A DNA stretch of 38,437 nucleotides, from IMG/VR virus record IMGVR_UViG_3300032219_002516, positions 1 through 38,437 of that record; one strand, 5' to 3'. The DNA comes from a virus (taxonomy: Duplodnaviria > Caudoviricetes). Position numbers and translations under genes: made by a program. The first letter of the stretch is position 1. Each line of letters begins with the position of its first letter. Shown here in pieces: positions 15,261 through 25,839 of this stretch. The notes beneath the pieces are model-generated. The model was not told the origin of the DNA. It searched no databases and saw only the letters and a program-made list of their open reading frames with translations.

Positions 15261-16549
15261 GGAATTCTAAGAACTTGCATCGTGAACCCACGATAAAGTG
15301 TGAACGTGGCTATCTGAACAGATTCACCGCACATCCGTAGTTGAACCGGACCGCCGATAGCTCCAGCCACTACGTAAATTTGAATCATAATTGGCAGGGG
15401 CGTGTTAATGGTCGAGGCAGCCGTCTGAGTAACAACAGTGCCGAATGCAGTCGCACCGGATTCTGTCCTAGATGCTGCCGCACCTGTAAATATGATGTCG
15501 CCAATCTGCACAATACTTGGAGACGCCGGTCCACTAAAAGAATATTTAAACCCGTAACCGCTACCGTTAGAGGCCCAAAAGCCTCTAAAGATAGCCGTGA
15601 CTTTTTCGTAAGGAGCAATCGTAAACGACATGCCGCTAAGATCGAAAAGAGCGCCAGTGGAATCTGTTATGTTGCCAGTGCCGCTAATGGTAACTGACGC
15701 CACCTCTCCTCCCACACCATCCACACCATCCGCACCATCCGCACCATCCGCACCATCCGCACCTTTTGCCGCGACCGTCGTCCAGAAAGCATTTTCGCCA
15801 GGCGTGTCGCCTACGTTTCCCCCGTTTGAATTTGTCCGGTAAAATGTCTCGCCGTTGTAGGTCGCGACATCGCCGACAGCATAAGGTGCTCCACCGCTGT
15901 AGGCTCCGGTGAAATTCCAGAGGGCATCCTGCCCTGGATCACCCTGTGGTCCCTGTGCCCCGTCGCTGCCCTGCGGTCCTTGTGGTCCGTCTGAACCCGC
16001 TGCACCTGTCGGTCCTTTCAGTGCAAATGGCCCGTAGCTTGAGTTCTGCGTGGAGATCGTAAGATTTCCATTCCCGTCGTCCGAGATGCTGGTAATCGGA
16101 GTTGCCTCTGCACCTGCTGGTCCCTGTGCCCCGTCGCTGCCCTGCGGTCCTTGTGGTCCGTCTGAACCCGCTGCACCTGTCGGTCCTTTCAGTGCAAATG
16201 GCCCGTAGCTTGAGTTATATGTGCTGATCGTCAGATTTCCATTCCCGTCGTCCGAAATGCTAGTAATGGGAGTCGCCTCTGCACCAGCGGGACCGGGAAC
16301 GCCCTGTCCTCCTTGTGGTCCGTCTGAACCCTCCAGCTCCGACAATGCCACCAGGTTCGTCCAGGCAGCCTCGCCTTCGTAGCGCCACTGGATGTGAGTC
16401 GCGCTCTTCTGCAGCTGCACCTCGCGCCCGTCTTCGCCGTCTTCGCCAAACGCGCCTGGCACCTGTGATCCGCCGATGGCAGCGATGCCTCCTCGGCTCG
16501 GGATCACGAGGCGGGCTTTTCCGTTGAGGATCTGGATGCTGGCAGGCAT
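15257..16549 (-). CDS. Collagen-like tail fibre/receptor-binding protein
   Basis: G-X-Y repeats; two 57-aa repeats; CBM5/12-like [14 protein letters not shown]...W segment; low-GC C-terminal domain. Confidence 0.85.
   Translation of the reverse strand: MPASIQILNGKARLVIPSRGGIAAIGGSQVPGAFGEDGEDGREVQLQKSATHIQWRYEGEAAWTNLVALSELEGSDGPQGGQGVPGPAGAEATPITSISDDGNGNLTISTYNSSYGPFALKGPTGAAGSDGPQGPQGSDGAQGPAGAEATPITSISDDGNGNLTISTQNSSYGPFALKGPTGAAGSDGPQGPQGSDGAQGPQGDPGQDALWNFTGAYSGGAPYAVGDVATYNGETFYRTNSNGGNVGDTPGENAFWTTVAAKGADGADGADGADGVDGVGGEVASVTISGTGNITDSTGALFDLSGMSFTIAPYEKVTAIFRGFWASNGSGYGFKYSFSGPASPSIVQIGDIIFTGAAASRTESGATAFGTVVTQTAASTINTPLPIMIQIYVVAGAIGGPVQLRMCGESVQIATFTLYRGFTMQVLRIP
15947..16285. 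repeat. 171-bp tandem duplication in the fibre gene
   Basis: 15947-16045 is identical to 16118-16216 (99 bp); the remainder is diverged, mostly at synonymous sites. Confidence 0.9.
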
Positions 16550-16552
16550 AGG

Positions 16553-16930
16553 TCAGGGTGCAGCGGGTTTCCACTTCGCGGATGGCTCGATCTCGAGGGT
16601 GATGAGGCCGTAGGGGATCCGGTGATCGTCGGAATCCTCCACCCAGAGCGAGGCCGTCAATCGACCGCCGGCAGAGAAATAGACCTCCTCGAGATCCGAG
16701 AGATCGATCAGCAGCGTCGTCTTCCCTTCGGCCGCGTCTTCGTGCGTCGTTTGCGTGATGTCGAGGATCGCATCCCCGTCCTCGTCCGAGAGCGAAGCCT
16801 TCGCCACGAGGTAGACCGTCGCGCCCGTGAGGTCGAGCGCAGCACCAGCCGCGGTCGTGAAGGTGATGGGCATGTCCCAGATCTGACCGGCGGTCAGCGT
16901 CAGGGTCGGCAGGGGAGTGGAGCAGCTCAT
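16553..16930 (-). CDS. BppU N-terminal-like baseplate/tail protein
   Basis: LTAGQIWDMPITFT...ALDLTGATVYLVAK...AAEGK pattern. Confidence 0.6.
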   Translation of the reverse strand: MSCSTPLPTLTLTAGQIWDMPITFTTAAGAALDLTGATVYLVAKASLSDEDGDAILDITQTTHEDAAEGKTTLLIDLSDLEEVYFSAGGRLTASLWVEDSDDHRIPYGLITLEIEPSAKWKPAAP

Positions 16931-16933
16931 GCG

Positions 16934-18493
16934 TTAAACGGCGTAAGTCATTTCGATGTCGTGCTGGGCAATCTGGCTCGAGATCCGCTGGAAAAGCTCC
17001 GGCATCTCCACCCCGAGCACTTGGCAGGTGATCGAGCTGGTGGTGATGGTCAGTGCCTCTGGCGCATAGCCGGACTCCGGCCAAGCATCAGGCGCGCCCA
17101 TCGCAATCTCGCTCCCAAAATCGTGACTTGTGACAGCGGTGGCCGCACCGAAGATCAGTCGAATCGTCGTCGTGTTCGGGAAAAGGACCGCCACCATCGT
17201 CTCGCTGATCTCCGCCTCGATCTTCGCCAGGAGATCCCCTGTCGTGTCGCCATTCTCGATCGTGATGCTGCCGATGGCACCGCCCGATCCCGAAAAGGCC
17301 AAGATCAGCGTGCCCGTCACTCCCGACACTTCGCCCCCGATGATCCCAGAGCCTGGATCCGTGCCACCCGTGATTTCAAAAAGATCATTGTTCGTCCCGT
17401 AAGTCGCAGCGAGGTCCATGCGTTTTCCGGTGTGAGGGTTTACCGTGGTCGTCACCGTGCCCACGATCTGCAGTCCAGTCGAAGTGGCACTGACGGACGT
17501 CGCCGTCAGAGTCGGAGTGAAGAGCCCCACGCCCACCTCCGACCCCGTGTCACTCGTGGAGCCGGTGTTCGTCGCGATGGTATACGTGCCGCCCCCATAG
17601 GAGACCGTCAGGTTCCGCGTCACAGAGGGTGCCCCTGGGAGATTGTTGAGCGTCAGTAAAACCTGATAAGCCAGAGCCGTCGCAGACGTCGAGTCGAGCG
17701 GCACGGTGAACGTCTTCGCTTCCGTGTCGCTGGCCGTCAGGCTCGCGATCGTCTGCGTGTTGCTGTAGGAAAAGTCTGATGCATCGAGCGAGGAGGCGCT
17801 CACGATTTGCAGGTAGCCCGTCACCCGCTCTCCCGATGGGTTCTCGCCATCGCCGAGGGCACCCCGCACCTTCGCCGGATCGATGTAGACCGGCACCTCG
17901 TAGCGGGCCGTGGTGCCGCTTCCTGTGGCCGTCACGGCCGACTCGTCCTCGTGCAGCTCGATCGTTGCGTCCGAGCCAGTCGGTCTCCAGAGCACCTTGA
18001 TCCGATTCATCCCGACCGCCTGCAGCACCCCGGCCATCTGCGCGCCGAGCGAGAGAGTGAATCTCTCTCCCTCGATCCAGCACCCGAGTGGTGCCGAGGC
18101 ATCCCCTGCTCCAGGTGGGCGTTGCGCCGGCTGCGGCGATCCGACTCCGGGCAGCGAGATCTTCCGGGTCGCCAGATCCAGATTCACCGGGATCTTGAAA
18201 CCATTCGCCGCCACCCCGACCACCGAGGGCAGCACCACGATCAGCCAGCTCTGCGCCGTGCTCGTGCCGTCGCCATTACTTGCCGTCACGCTCGCCGTGT
18301 AGGCTGTCGCCGACGTCGCCGAGGGCGATCCCGTGATCGCCCCGGTCGAGGTATTCATCGAGAGCCCCGCCGGTAGGCCCGAGGCAGAGTAGGACGTCGG
18401 CGTGTTGGTTGCCGTGATCGTCCGCGAGTAAGCGACGCCCGAGGCGATTTGCTCGTAGACGGGATTGGCGGAACTGATTGCAGGGATGGCCAT
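16934..18493 (-). CDS. Tail protein with N-terminal putative Ig (He_PIG-like) domain
   Basis: ITATNTPTSYSASGLPAGLSMNTSTGAITGSP...ASVTASNGDG; T/S/G-rich beta content. Confidence 0.75.
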   Translation of the reverse strand: MAIPAISSANPVYEQIASGVAYSRTITATNTPTSYSASGLPAGLSMNTSTGAITGSPSATSATAYTASVTASNGDGTSTAQSWLIVVLPSVVGVAANGFKIPVNLDLATRKISLPGVGSPQPAQRPPGAGDASAPLGCWIEGERFTLSLGAQMAGVLQAVGMNRIKVLWRPTGSDATIELHEDESAVTATGSGTTARYEVPVYIDPAKVRGALGDGENPSGERVTGYLQIVSASSLDASDFSYSNTQTIASLTASDTEAKTFTVPLDSTSATALAYQVLLTLNNLPGAPSVTRNLTVSYGGGTYTIATNTGSTSDTGSEVGVGLFTPTLTATSVSATSTGLQIVGTVTTTVNPHTGKRMDLAATYGTNNDLFEITGGTDPGSGIIGGEVSGVTGTLILAFSGSGGAIGSITIENGDTTGDLLAKIEAEISETMVAVLFPNTTTIRLIFGAATAVTSHDFGSEIAMGAPDAWPESGYAPEALTITTSSITCQVLGVEMPELFQRISSQIAQHDIEMTYAV

Positions 18494-18496
18494 GGA

Positions 18497-21166
18497 TTAG
18501 GAGGCGATGGTGTATCGTCCGAGAGTGTCGTCGGGCTGACCGTCAGCACCGACGTCGAAGCCGCGCACCGCGATGAGCCCGCGCGGATCCGCCGGCGTGT
18601 CCTCGACATCGCCCCGCGTCAGGATCGCGCGGATCGCGAAATTCGCCGAGGCCGGTGCGGATAGCGCCGCGGCACTTTTGAAATTCTTCGTGCCCACTGC
18701 CGTGATCGCCCCCGCAGACGGTCTCGTGATCTGCACCCCGAATCGGCCGTTCCACGGCTTCTCCGAGAGATAGAGCGAGTAGACCAGCATGTCCGTCGGT
18801 GCGCTGAAGTAGGTGTCCAGATTGGATCCCGTCACCGCTGGGGTCGAGTCCGAGGTAGGCACCCCGTGCTGGATGCGCAGGCTCCAGCGCATTCCCGATC
18901 GCCGTGTCCGCGGGCGGAGCGGCGAGGTAAAGAGAGCCGCCTCGAGGCCAAAGGCCAGATCCAGCACCGAGCTGGCCACCAGATCGTCGTCCGTGATCGC
19001 AAAGCGGAAAAGCTCGATCTCGTAGGCCTGCGGATACCAGGTCGTTTCGGACCCATTCCGCGCCACCCGATACCACACCCGCCCATCGCAGGCTGCGTGA
19101 TCGCCTGCCAGCAGACCGCCCCCAGGGAAGTCTGTGCGCGCCGAGGCCGTCGTGAAGACCCGCCCCACATAGGTCGAGGATGCCGCCGGCAGAGGCGAGG
19201 GTAGACTCTCCACCGAGGCCGCCGCGAGATGCACTGCCCCGAGGAGGCGGCGAGGTGCCATCGGCTGATCCAGCACATAGGGATCCCAGCCCAGCAGAGT
19301 CGCTGGCGTCTCCGGCATTGTCGCCACCCCAGGCATCGACCAGTAGGTGCCGAGGCCGCGCGTCAGCGTGCCGCGGGTAAGGCCCGCATTGTTGATCGCC
19401 CCGAGATTTCCCGAGGCTGCCTGCAGCGCCGCGATCGCCGCGCTCTGAGCATCGAGGATCGCTTGCAGACCCGTGATCTCGGCGATGGGATGCGTGTGCG
19501 CCTGGTAGGTCGCCGGTCGGCCGACCGTCATCACGTTCACCTGATATTGCCCCGCCGTCGGAGTCGACGCGAAGCCAGACACCACCACCGAGTTGTTGCT
19601 CGGCCGTGTCACTGTGTAGTCGCTCGGCGACACCAGCTCTTTGCTGCCGGTGTTCTTCCAGACCTGCACCATCACCGCGTCTGCCACTGTGCCATCCGCC
19701 AGCACCACCGAGTTCGTTCCCGTACCGTTGGTCGTCAGATTGATCGCCGTGCCTCCCGGTGTAGCCGCCACCTTGAAGGTGCCGCTCGTCGCCGCGATCA
19801 CCCAGTAGGTCACGTCCGCCGAGAGCCCGCCAGGGAGAGCCCCGCCCGCGTTTGCAAAATTCACCGGATCGCCATTCACGAATCCATGCGAGGCCGCCGT
19901 CAGGATGTCGGTCGAGCTGCTCGCCGTGATCGTCTGCGAGTTCTCCAGTAGGTTGTGATTGATCGTGAAGGTCGTCGCCGTCCCGTCGCCGATCACCTTT
20001 GTGATCGCGCGATTGCCGACCAGCAGAGAGTCCGTCGAGTGCGACAGGTAGTCTGCCCGAGAGAGTGGCTGGTTCCAGTTCAGCGACGCTGCCACATTGT
20101 GCTCCCCGGTCGAGACCGGTCGGATGAAGACGAGATCCTGCGAGATCGTCACCGTCTGGGTGCCACCAGGCACCAGCGCATCCGTGATCTCCAGGCGGAT
20201 ATTCAGCGGCACCCGCACCTGCCCGGCCGAGTCCACCGAGCGCATCAGCGTCCGCATCGAATCGGTCGCCGTGTTGATCGTGAAAAAGATGTCTGCCCCT
20301 GGCGACTCGAAGACCTCCACCGTCAGCAGATCCTGATCGATGCCCCCCATCGCTCCTTGGAATTCGAGGTAGACCCCGTCATTCACCTCCGTCACGAGGA
20401 AGGATCCACCGTCATCGGCCAGCGTCACCACCGCCTCGCGGATATCCTCGACCGCTGCCGGCACCGCGATCGGTCGCGTCTTTTTGCCGTCGCGCACCAG
20501 CACGAAGGATCCCCCTTCGAAAGCCGGCTGGATCGCCAGCTTTTGGATTTCATTGATCGCCACGCCGTCGACCTCCGATCCCGCTTGCAGCTGCGTCACC
20601 ACCGGCGAACCCGGCACTTGATTGGAAAAGCTCGAGACCTCCGCCACCGGAGCCTGCCGCAGTTGCAGCACGTAGGCCTTGCCCTCGTCAAAGTCGATCT
20701 CGTCGACATCGACAAAGCTCGTCGGCCAGAGCGCATTCTCGACGCACTCGATCTGCGGCATCGCATCCTTGTCTGCGAAGACGATCCGATAGAGCCCCAG
20801 ATACTCCGTCACCGTGCAGGGATTCAGGGCCGCGATCGTCGTGCTTAGGGCCGTGTTGATCGCGCTGGTGATCTGCGCCGCGGTTGCATTGTAGGCGATG
20901 TCCGCCGTCGTCACCGTGCTGCCCGAGTAGGTGATCTCGAGCTGGTAGCTGCCAGAGACCGGTGCCCGATCGGGCCACCCGATCCGGGCGGTCAGCGCGT
21001 GCAGAGCCCGCTTGTCCAGCGTCGGGGCCGAGTTGATCGTCTCCACCAGACGCAGTCGCATCTGGATGTGCGAGTAGGCCGGGATCACCGGAGGCTGGAA
21101 TCCTCCGCCCTCCAGCCGCTCCGTGAGGGTGAGGGTCGACAGGTTGGCGTAGAGGCGGACGTTCAC
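18497..21166 (-). CDS. Large tail/baseplate protein
   Basis: 889 aa; IAYNATAAQITSAIN and NEIQKL motifs; HGFVNGDPV domain; HTHPIAEITGLQ fibre repeat. Confidence 0.75.
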   Translation of the reverse strand: MNVRLYANLSTLTLTERLEGGGFQPPVIPAYSHIQMRLRLVETINSAPTLDKRALHALTARIGWPDRAPVSGSYQLEITYSGSTVTTADIAYNATAAQITSAINTALSTTIAALNPCTVTEYLGLYRIVFADKDAMPQIECVENALWPTSFVDVDEIDFDEGKAYVLQLRQAPVAEVSSFSNQVPGSPVVTQLQAGSEVDGVAINEIQKLAIQPAFEGGSFVLVRDGKKTRPIAVPAAVEDIREAVVTLADDGGSFLVTEVNDGVYLEFQGAMGGIDQDLLTVEVFESPGADIFFTINTATDSMRTLMRSVDSAGQVRVPLNIRLEITDALVPGGTQTVTISQDLVFIRPVSTGEHNVAASLNWNQPLSRADYLSHSTDSLLVGNRAITKVIGDGTATTFTINHNLLENSQTITASSSTDILTAASHGFVNGDPVNFANAGGALPGGLSADVTYWVIAATSGTFKVAATPGGTAINLTTNGTGTNSVVLADGTVADAVMVQVWKNTGSKELVSPSDYTVTRPSNNSVVVSGFASTPTAGQYQVNVMTVGRPATYQAHTHPIAEITGLQAILDAQSAAIAALQAASGNLGAINNAGLTRGTLTRGLGTYWSMPGVATMPETPATLLGWDPYVLDQPMAPRRLLGAVHLAAASVESLPSPLPAASSTYVGRVFTTASARTDFPGGGLLAGDHAACDGRVWYRVARNGSETTWYPQAYEIELFRFAITDDDLVASSVLDLAFGLEAALFTSPLRPRTRRSGMRWSLRIQHGVPTSDSTPAVTGSNLDTYFSAPTDMLVYSLYLSEKPWNGRFGVQITRPSAGAITAVGTKNFKSAAALSAPASANFAIRAILTRGDVEDTPADPRGLIAVRGFDVGADGQPDDTLGRYTIAS

Positions 21167-21179
21167 GGAGGGCTCCGCG

Positions 21180-21185
21180 TGTCAA
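21180..21185 (-). promoter_or_regulatory. TTGACA late-gene motif (large tail protein)
   Basis: 13 nt before GTG 21166. Confidence 0.7.
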
Positions 21186-22211
21186 TCACGCCAGCGAAAA
21201 GCGGCCGATGTTCTCGACCCGTCGCAGAGCCGCTTCCAGCTCCGCCGTCTTCGCATTGATCTCATCCACGATCGGCTGCGCCCGTGCCCCGAGCGCACCG
21301 AAACCGAGCTGCGGCACCGCGATCGAGATCCGCGTCGGCTCCACGATCGTGTCCTCGTGGGTCGCCCGATACTGCAGGTTCCACCGTTGGTGATAGATCA
21401 CGCTCGGCTCCCAGGTCTCGTCGGGGGCTGAGCCAGATTCCGCCCCTGCCGGGCTCAGCAGATAAAACGTCGCCAGGTGCAGCTCGTCGCGCCCCGAGTC
21501 CGCCGCTGCCCCGAGCACCAGATCGAGGATGCCCTCACCCGGCCGCACGAACTTTTCCTGCACTTCCACCCACGGTCCCTTCCGCGAGATCTCATTCACC
21601 TGGGAAAACTGCACCTCGAGCACACCGGGGGCGAGAGAGGGTGAGACCACCGACCGCACCCGGTCGTGCGTCAGCACCAGATCACAGGCCCGCAGCAGTC
21701 TCGCCTCACGCCGATCTTCGGCCAATCCCGACAGACGGATCACCGCACCGTTCTCCCCCGTCGTGTCCAGCTCGATCGGACTCACCACTCCACGATCGAT
21801 GAAACGCTGCGGCACCGGCTCGCCGGCCGATCCTGACACCACCACCGCATCCGTCCCGATCGCGCGCCACTTGATCGCAGGCAGAGCCACGCGCGGCTCC
21901 TCCGAGAGGTAGGCCTCCACCGTGCGCTCCGTCGCCCGTTCGATCTCCAGGCGCATCAGCGTCTCATCCGTCGCCAGCGTGCCCGGCACGATCACCTGGG
22001 GATCCGCGCCCGTGCCACTCAGACAAAAGCCCGGTGTGATCTTTGCAGTCCACCGCTCTCCTTCATAGTCCCACGTCAGGTCCGTCTGCCAGGGATGCCG
22101 CCAGTCGGTCGGGTCCAGCACCTGCACCGACCGGATCCGGCTCCGGAAATAATCCGCGACGAAGGCATTCCATCCTTTCTCGTCGATCCACACTTTCTGC
22201 GGGGGCTTCAT
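21186..22211 (-). CDS. Tail-module protein
   Basis: Position in the tail module; start 22211 gives an ATGA overlap with the upstream gene. Confidence 0.65.
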   Translation of the reverse strand: MKPPQKVWIDEKGWNAFVADYFRSRIRSVQVLDPTDWRHPWQTDLTWDYEGERWTAKITPGFCLSGTGADPQVIVPGTLATDETLMRLEIERATERTVEAYLSEEPRVALPAIKWRAIGTDAVVVSGSAGEPVPQRFIDRGVVSPIELDTTGENGAVIRLSGLAEDRREARLLRACDLVLTHDRVRSVVSPSLAPGVLEVQFSQVNEISRKGPWVEVQEKFVRPGEGILDLVLGAAADSGRDELHLATFYLLSPAGAESGSAPDETWEPSVIYHQRWNLQYRATHEDTIVEPTRISIAVPQLGFGALGARAQPIVDEINAKTAELEAALRRVENIGRFSLA

Positions 22212-22882
22212 CCTGCTGCGCGCCATTCAGGCCGCGGGTCTTCCCCCTTCGGTGCCCGATACTCTTGGTCGAAGTGCAGGATCTGTCGCACCCGGTCGAC
22301 CCGGGTCCGGTCTTCGTTCCAGGTCAGTTGCGCGATCGGCCGCAGGCCTCGCCCTTCCTCGTCGAGGCCGTAGGGCACATCCGTCGGCAGCTCCGTGCGA
22401 TGCACCACCGTCAGGTAGGGATCCTTTCCAGACAGCTGCGCTCCACTCAGTACGCCGAGCGAGGCCAATCGATTCTCCGTGCCAGCACCTCCTTTCTTCT
22501 CCTCTGGCAGCTCGGCCACCTGCAGGCAGATCCACGATCGGCGAGACTTGGGCTCCTCTTCCACCGTCAGCAGCGGCCGCCCTTCAGGGGAAGGCTCACC
22601 GTCTGGCAGATACCCGGTCAGATCTCGGCCGTCGAGGATCGGCACCTCTCCGTTCACCGCGCCCTCGCCGATTCGGAAACTCTTCGGCCCTGCCGTCGAG
22701 ACGCGGAAAGCTCCGATGAATCGCTTCGCATCCGGCTCGAAGATGATCGCCCGCCCCTGCTCTGTGCGCACCTCACGCACGGGTCCACCGATGATCGTCA
22801 CCTGGTCGTTCTTCACGAAATCGATGAAAGCCTGCAGCGTCGGCAGCGCATTCCTTCCCGTGATGGCGGGGAATTGTTTCAT
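22208..22882 (-). CDS. Tail-module protein
   Basis: 224 aa; tightly packed in the tail operon. Confidence 0.65.
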   Translation of the reverse strand: MKQFPAITGRNALPTLQAFIDFVKNDQVTIIGGPVREVRTEQGRAIIFEPDAKRFIGAFRVSTAGPKSFRIGEGAVNGEVPILDGRDLTGYLPDGEPSPEGRPLLTVEEEPKSRRSWICLQVAELPEEKKGGAGTENRLASLGVLSGAQLSGKDPYLTVVHRTELPTDVPYGLDEEGRGLRPIAQLTWNEDRTRVDRVRQILHFDQEYRAPKGEDPRPEWRAAG

Positions 22883-22884
22883 CG

Positions 22885-23637
22885 TCAGAGAGATCCCGTC
22901 GTCAGCGTTCCGGTCTGCAGTCCCTGCTTTCTGTTTTTCTTTGATTTCTGCAGCAAGATCAGCAGAGCCTCCACATCCGAGAATTCATTCACCTGCTGAT
23001 ACTGCACATTGATCTCCCACATGTTCCCGACCTTCCGCCGCCGCAGCGGTCGCACCAGCCAGCTCGTCGCATTCCCGTTGTAGTCGAAGCCGGGAGGGAT
23101 GCTACCCACCACCGTGCCTGCTGCCTTCTCCAAGGAGGCCGGCACCCGCTTCCGGAGGATCGTCCAGCTCGCCACCGCGTATTCGACCGGGTAGGTCGTC
23201 AGGTTGAAAAACGGATTCGGCACTTCTGCCGACTTGCTATTACCGAGCCCCGATCCACCGCCCTTCGGCTTCTTGATCGTCGGCGGGAAGACCAGCCTCC
23301 CGTCCTCCTCGATCGCGCCATATTCATTTCTCAAGATCTCGCGATCTGGAAAGGTCTCGATCTTCGCTTCTCGATATTCCGAGCTCAGCTCATACTGTTC
23401 TGCATCGGTCGCTTGCGATTCATCGACGAGACCTTCGTAGACCGCATTGGCGAGGTAGCGCCCATCGTTTTCTGAGATCCATGGCGAGGCACTGAGCGAG
23501 GTGCGCACCAGCGTGTCCATCACCGTCGGGATGTCTCTCAGGGCTTCTGCCCGCGAGTCTGCCAGCCACTGGATCTTCAGAGAGATCCGGCCGTCTTTCC
23601 CGATGTCGAAGCTTTCCTTTTCAACGATGACCGCCAT
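22885..23637 (-). CDS. Distal tail (Dit/hub-like) protein
   Basis: First structural-looking gene after the tape measure; ATG 23637 is preferred because the track's TTG start is the TTGACA motif. Confidence 0.55.
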   Translation of the reverse strand: MAVIVEKESFDIGKDGRISLKIQWLADSRAEALRDIPTVMDTLVRTSLSASPWISENDGRYLANAVYEGLVDESQATDAEQYELSSEYREAKIETFPDREILRNEYGAIEEDGRLVFPPTIKKPKGGGSGLGNSKSAEVPNPFFNLTTYPVEYAVASWTILRKRVPASLEKAAGTVVGSIPPGFDYNGNATSWLVRPLRRRKVGNMWEINVQYQQVNEFSDVEALLILLQKSKKNRKQGLQTGTLTTGSL

Positions 23638-23652
23638 CGAAGGCCGCCGTCG

Positions 23653-23658
23653 TGTCAA
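23653..23658 (-). promoter_or_regulatory. TTGACA late-gene motif (Dit-like)
   Basis: 15 nt before ATG 23637. Confidence 0.7.
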
Positions 23659-23670
23659 AGCCTCCGCCGA

Positions 23671-24081
23671 TTAAAAAGGGATCTCGTCATCTTCCTCACT
23701 GCCCCGGCTCGCCGGTGGCTGCACCGATGGCGATTCCCTTCTGGCAGGTTGATCACCTGCCCCGGCTTTCTCCTGCCGCGGTCGCCACACCATGTCCTTC
23801 TGCGATCCCTCGCGCTTCGCGGTGAACACCGCGATCTCCAGCCGCCCGTCGGGGAATGCCGGGCCTTCGAGGTTGCCGGAGAGATAGGCCTCGCCGCCGG
23901 CTTTCGGCACCCGCTTCCACAGTGCTCCGCATCGCTCTCCTCGGTAGAGAGCGACCCAGTCGGGGCCACGCTCCGCCTGCTGCGGATTCTTCTCGAGGTC
24001 GATGGCAAAGGGCGCGAGGCCCGGGATGTCCACGTCAAAGCGCAGACCCGTTTCTGATCGTTTTCCGATTCCGATTCTCAT
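23671..24081 (-). CDS. DUF736-like putative single-stranded DNA-binding protein
   Basis: PDW...CGALWKR...YLSGNLEGPAF pattern and SSB-type acidic tail EEDDEIPF. Confidence 0.75.
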   Translation of the reverse strand: MRIGIGKRSETGLRFDVDIPGLAPFAIDLEKNPQQAERGPDWVALYRGERCGALWKRVPKAGGEAYLSGNLEGPAFPDGRLEIAVFTAKREGSQKDMVWRPRQEKAGAGDQPARRESPSVQPPASRGSEEDDEIPF

Positions 24082-24083
24082 GC

Positions 24084-25820
24084 TTAAAAACCATTCCCGA
24101 ATCGCACGTCGGGCACGCCATCCATCTTTGTCAGGATCTTGTCGAGATTCTTCTTCTGCTCCTCGGCGATCTTGTTGCCGCGTTGCGCCTCTTCCAGCTG
24201 CATCGCCTGGGGATCCCTTCCCATCATCTGGTTCACCAGCCCCGCGAGCGATCCCACGCCGCCGCTCGGGGCTTCAGGTGCCAGGCCCGCCGCTGCGTCC
24301 ATGAATTCCTTCGCCGCCCCCTGGCTTTCGTTCAGCGCATCCAGAGCCGCCTTCTCCGCCTCGGTGTCACCGGCCGCTCTCGCTGCCTCGACTCGGCCGC
24401 GGGCCTTGTTCAGCCCGGCATCGATGTCGGCCGAGCTTTTCACCTCCATGCCGAGAGCTTCCTCCAGATCCTTCCGTAGCTTCGCCGCCTGCTGCTCCGG
24501 CGTCATCAGGGCGAAGCCACCCTCCTCGGCTTTCTTGCGTGCATCCTCCAGCTCTTCTGCCCGCTTCTCGGCTGCCTTCTGCGCTTTCTCACGCTCAGCC
24601 TCTTCGTCCTGGGCGACCTTCGCCTTGATGTTGGCGATCTCTTCTTCAAGCTCCTTCGCGGCGACGAGCCACTCATAGGCCTCCTTCGCTGAGTTCTGCC
24701 CTTCGGCCGGGAGCGCCCCATTCGCTTCGCGGGATTTCGCCAGTGCCTCGAGCCCCTCAACCGAGGTGTCATATTTCAGGCTGAACATGCCGACCGTGCT
24801 GCCGAGCTTCTCTTTCAGCTTCGCCTCAAGGGCTGCGATCTTCTGATCGTCAGGCAGGATGTCGATGCTGTCCTTCTCGAGCTGTTCCTTGATGCGGCCG
24901 ATGTCCTCGCCCGCGCTCTCTTTCGCCTTCGCCTCGTCCTCGACTTTTTTCTTTGCGTCGGCTTCGGCTTTGGCGGCTGCGATCGCTTCGGCTTGTGCGT
25001 CGCGGTTTTCCCGCTCGGCCTGCACCGCGCGCGCCGAGGCGATCTGGCGATCGTCGAAGGCGAGCAGGGCTTCCTCGACGCTGCCAAAAGAGAAAACGTC
25101 TCCGAGGAATTTTCCGACTTCTCCCCAGGCTCCGACGATCCCGATGCCCGTGGTCTTCGCCTTGGCCAGCATCGCGTCGAATTGATCGTTCAGGATCGCC
25201 ATCGAATCGATCAGCTCTTCGGCAGCCACCGGGGCATTCTCGAACATTTCGCGCAGAGCCTCTTCGCTTTGTCCGAGGAGCGGCAGCAGATCTGCGCCGC
25301 TTTTCCCGAGCAGGGCCATGATATCTGCGACGCCGGTGCCGGTCGCCCTCGCTTCTTGGAAGGCCTGGCTCAGCGCGATCAGCTTTTCGTCGAGAGGCAT
25401 GGCTGCCAGTTCTCCTGCCGATAGTCCAAAGTTCGCCAGTGCCTCCGCTGCCTTTTTATTTTCGACATCGCCGAGCCCTTTTTCGAGGCGGATCACCGAC
25501 TTCGCGAGATCTTCCACGCCGACCCCCGCTGCCTGCTGGGCCGCAAAGTCGACACGCTGCAGCGTCTCCGCCGTCTCGCCCAGGGCGATCTTCAGATCGG
25601 CCAGCTCGTCGGCGCGGTTCAGCGCAGCCTTGATCCCTGCGCCGATGGCTCCGAGACCCATCGCCGGCACCAGCCCCTTGAATTCTCCCGCCAGAGCCGT
25701 GCCGATTCCGCCCGTCTCCCGCTTCATGTTCCCGGCCGACTTCCGGACCTCGGCAGTCGCGCGGTCGAGGTTCGCCTTGAAGTCCCTGATCCCGAGACGG
25801 AGTTCTGCTTGGATGGCCAT
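24084..25820 (-). CDS. Tape measure protein
   Basis: 578 aa; A/E/K-rich helical sequence; AELRLGIRDFKANL N-terminus; LLGKSGADLLPLL. Confidence 0.85.
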   Translation of the reverse strand: MAIQAELRLGIRDFKANLDRATAEVRKSAGNMKRETGGIGTALAGEFKGLVPAMGLGAIGAGIKAALNRADELADLKIALGETAETLQRVDFAAQQAAGVGVEDLAKSVIRLEKGLGDVENKKAAEALANFGLSAGELAAMPLDEKLIALSQAFQEARATGTGVADIMALLGKSGADLLPLLGQSEEALREMFENAPVAAEELIDSMAILNDQFDAMLAKAKTTGIGIVGAWGEVGKFLGDVFSFGSVEEALLAFDDRQIASARAVQAERENRDAQAEAIAAAKAEADAKKKVEDEAKAKESAGEDIGRIKEQLEKDSIDILPDDQKIAALEAKLKEKLGSTVGMFSLKYDTSVEGLEALAKSREANGALPAEGQNSAKEAYEWLVAAKELEEEIANIKAKVAQDEEAEREKAQKAAEKRAEELEDARKKAEEGGFALMTPEQQAAKLRKDLEEALGMEVKSSADIDAGLNKARGRVEAARAAGDTEAEKAALDALNESQGAAKEFMDAAAGLAPEAPSGGVGSLAGLVNQMMGRDPQAMQLEEAQRGNKIAEEQKKNLDKILTKMDGVPDVRFGNGF

Positions 25821-25839
25821 GTTGGAAAAACTTAGAGTG

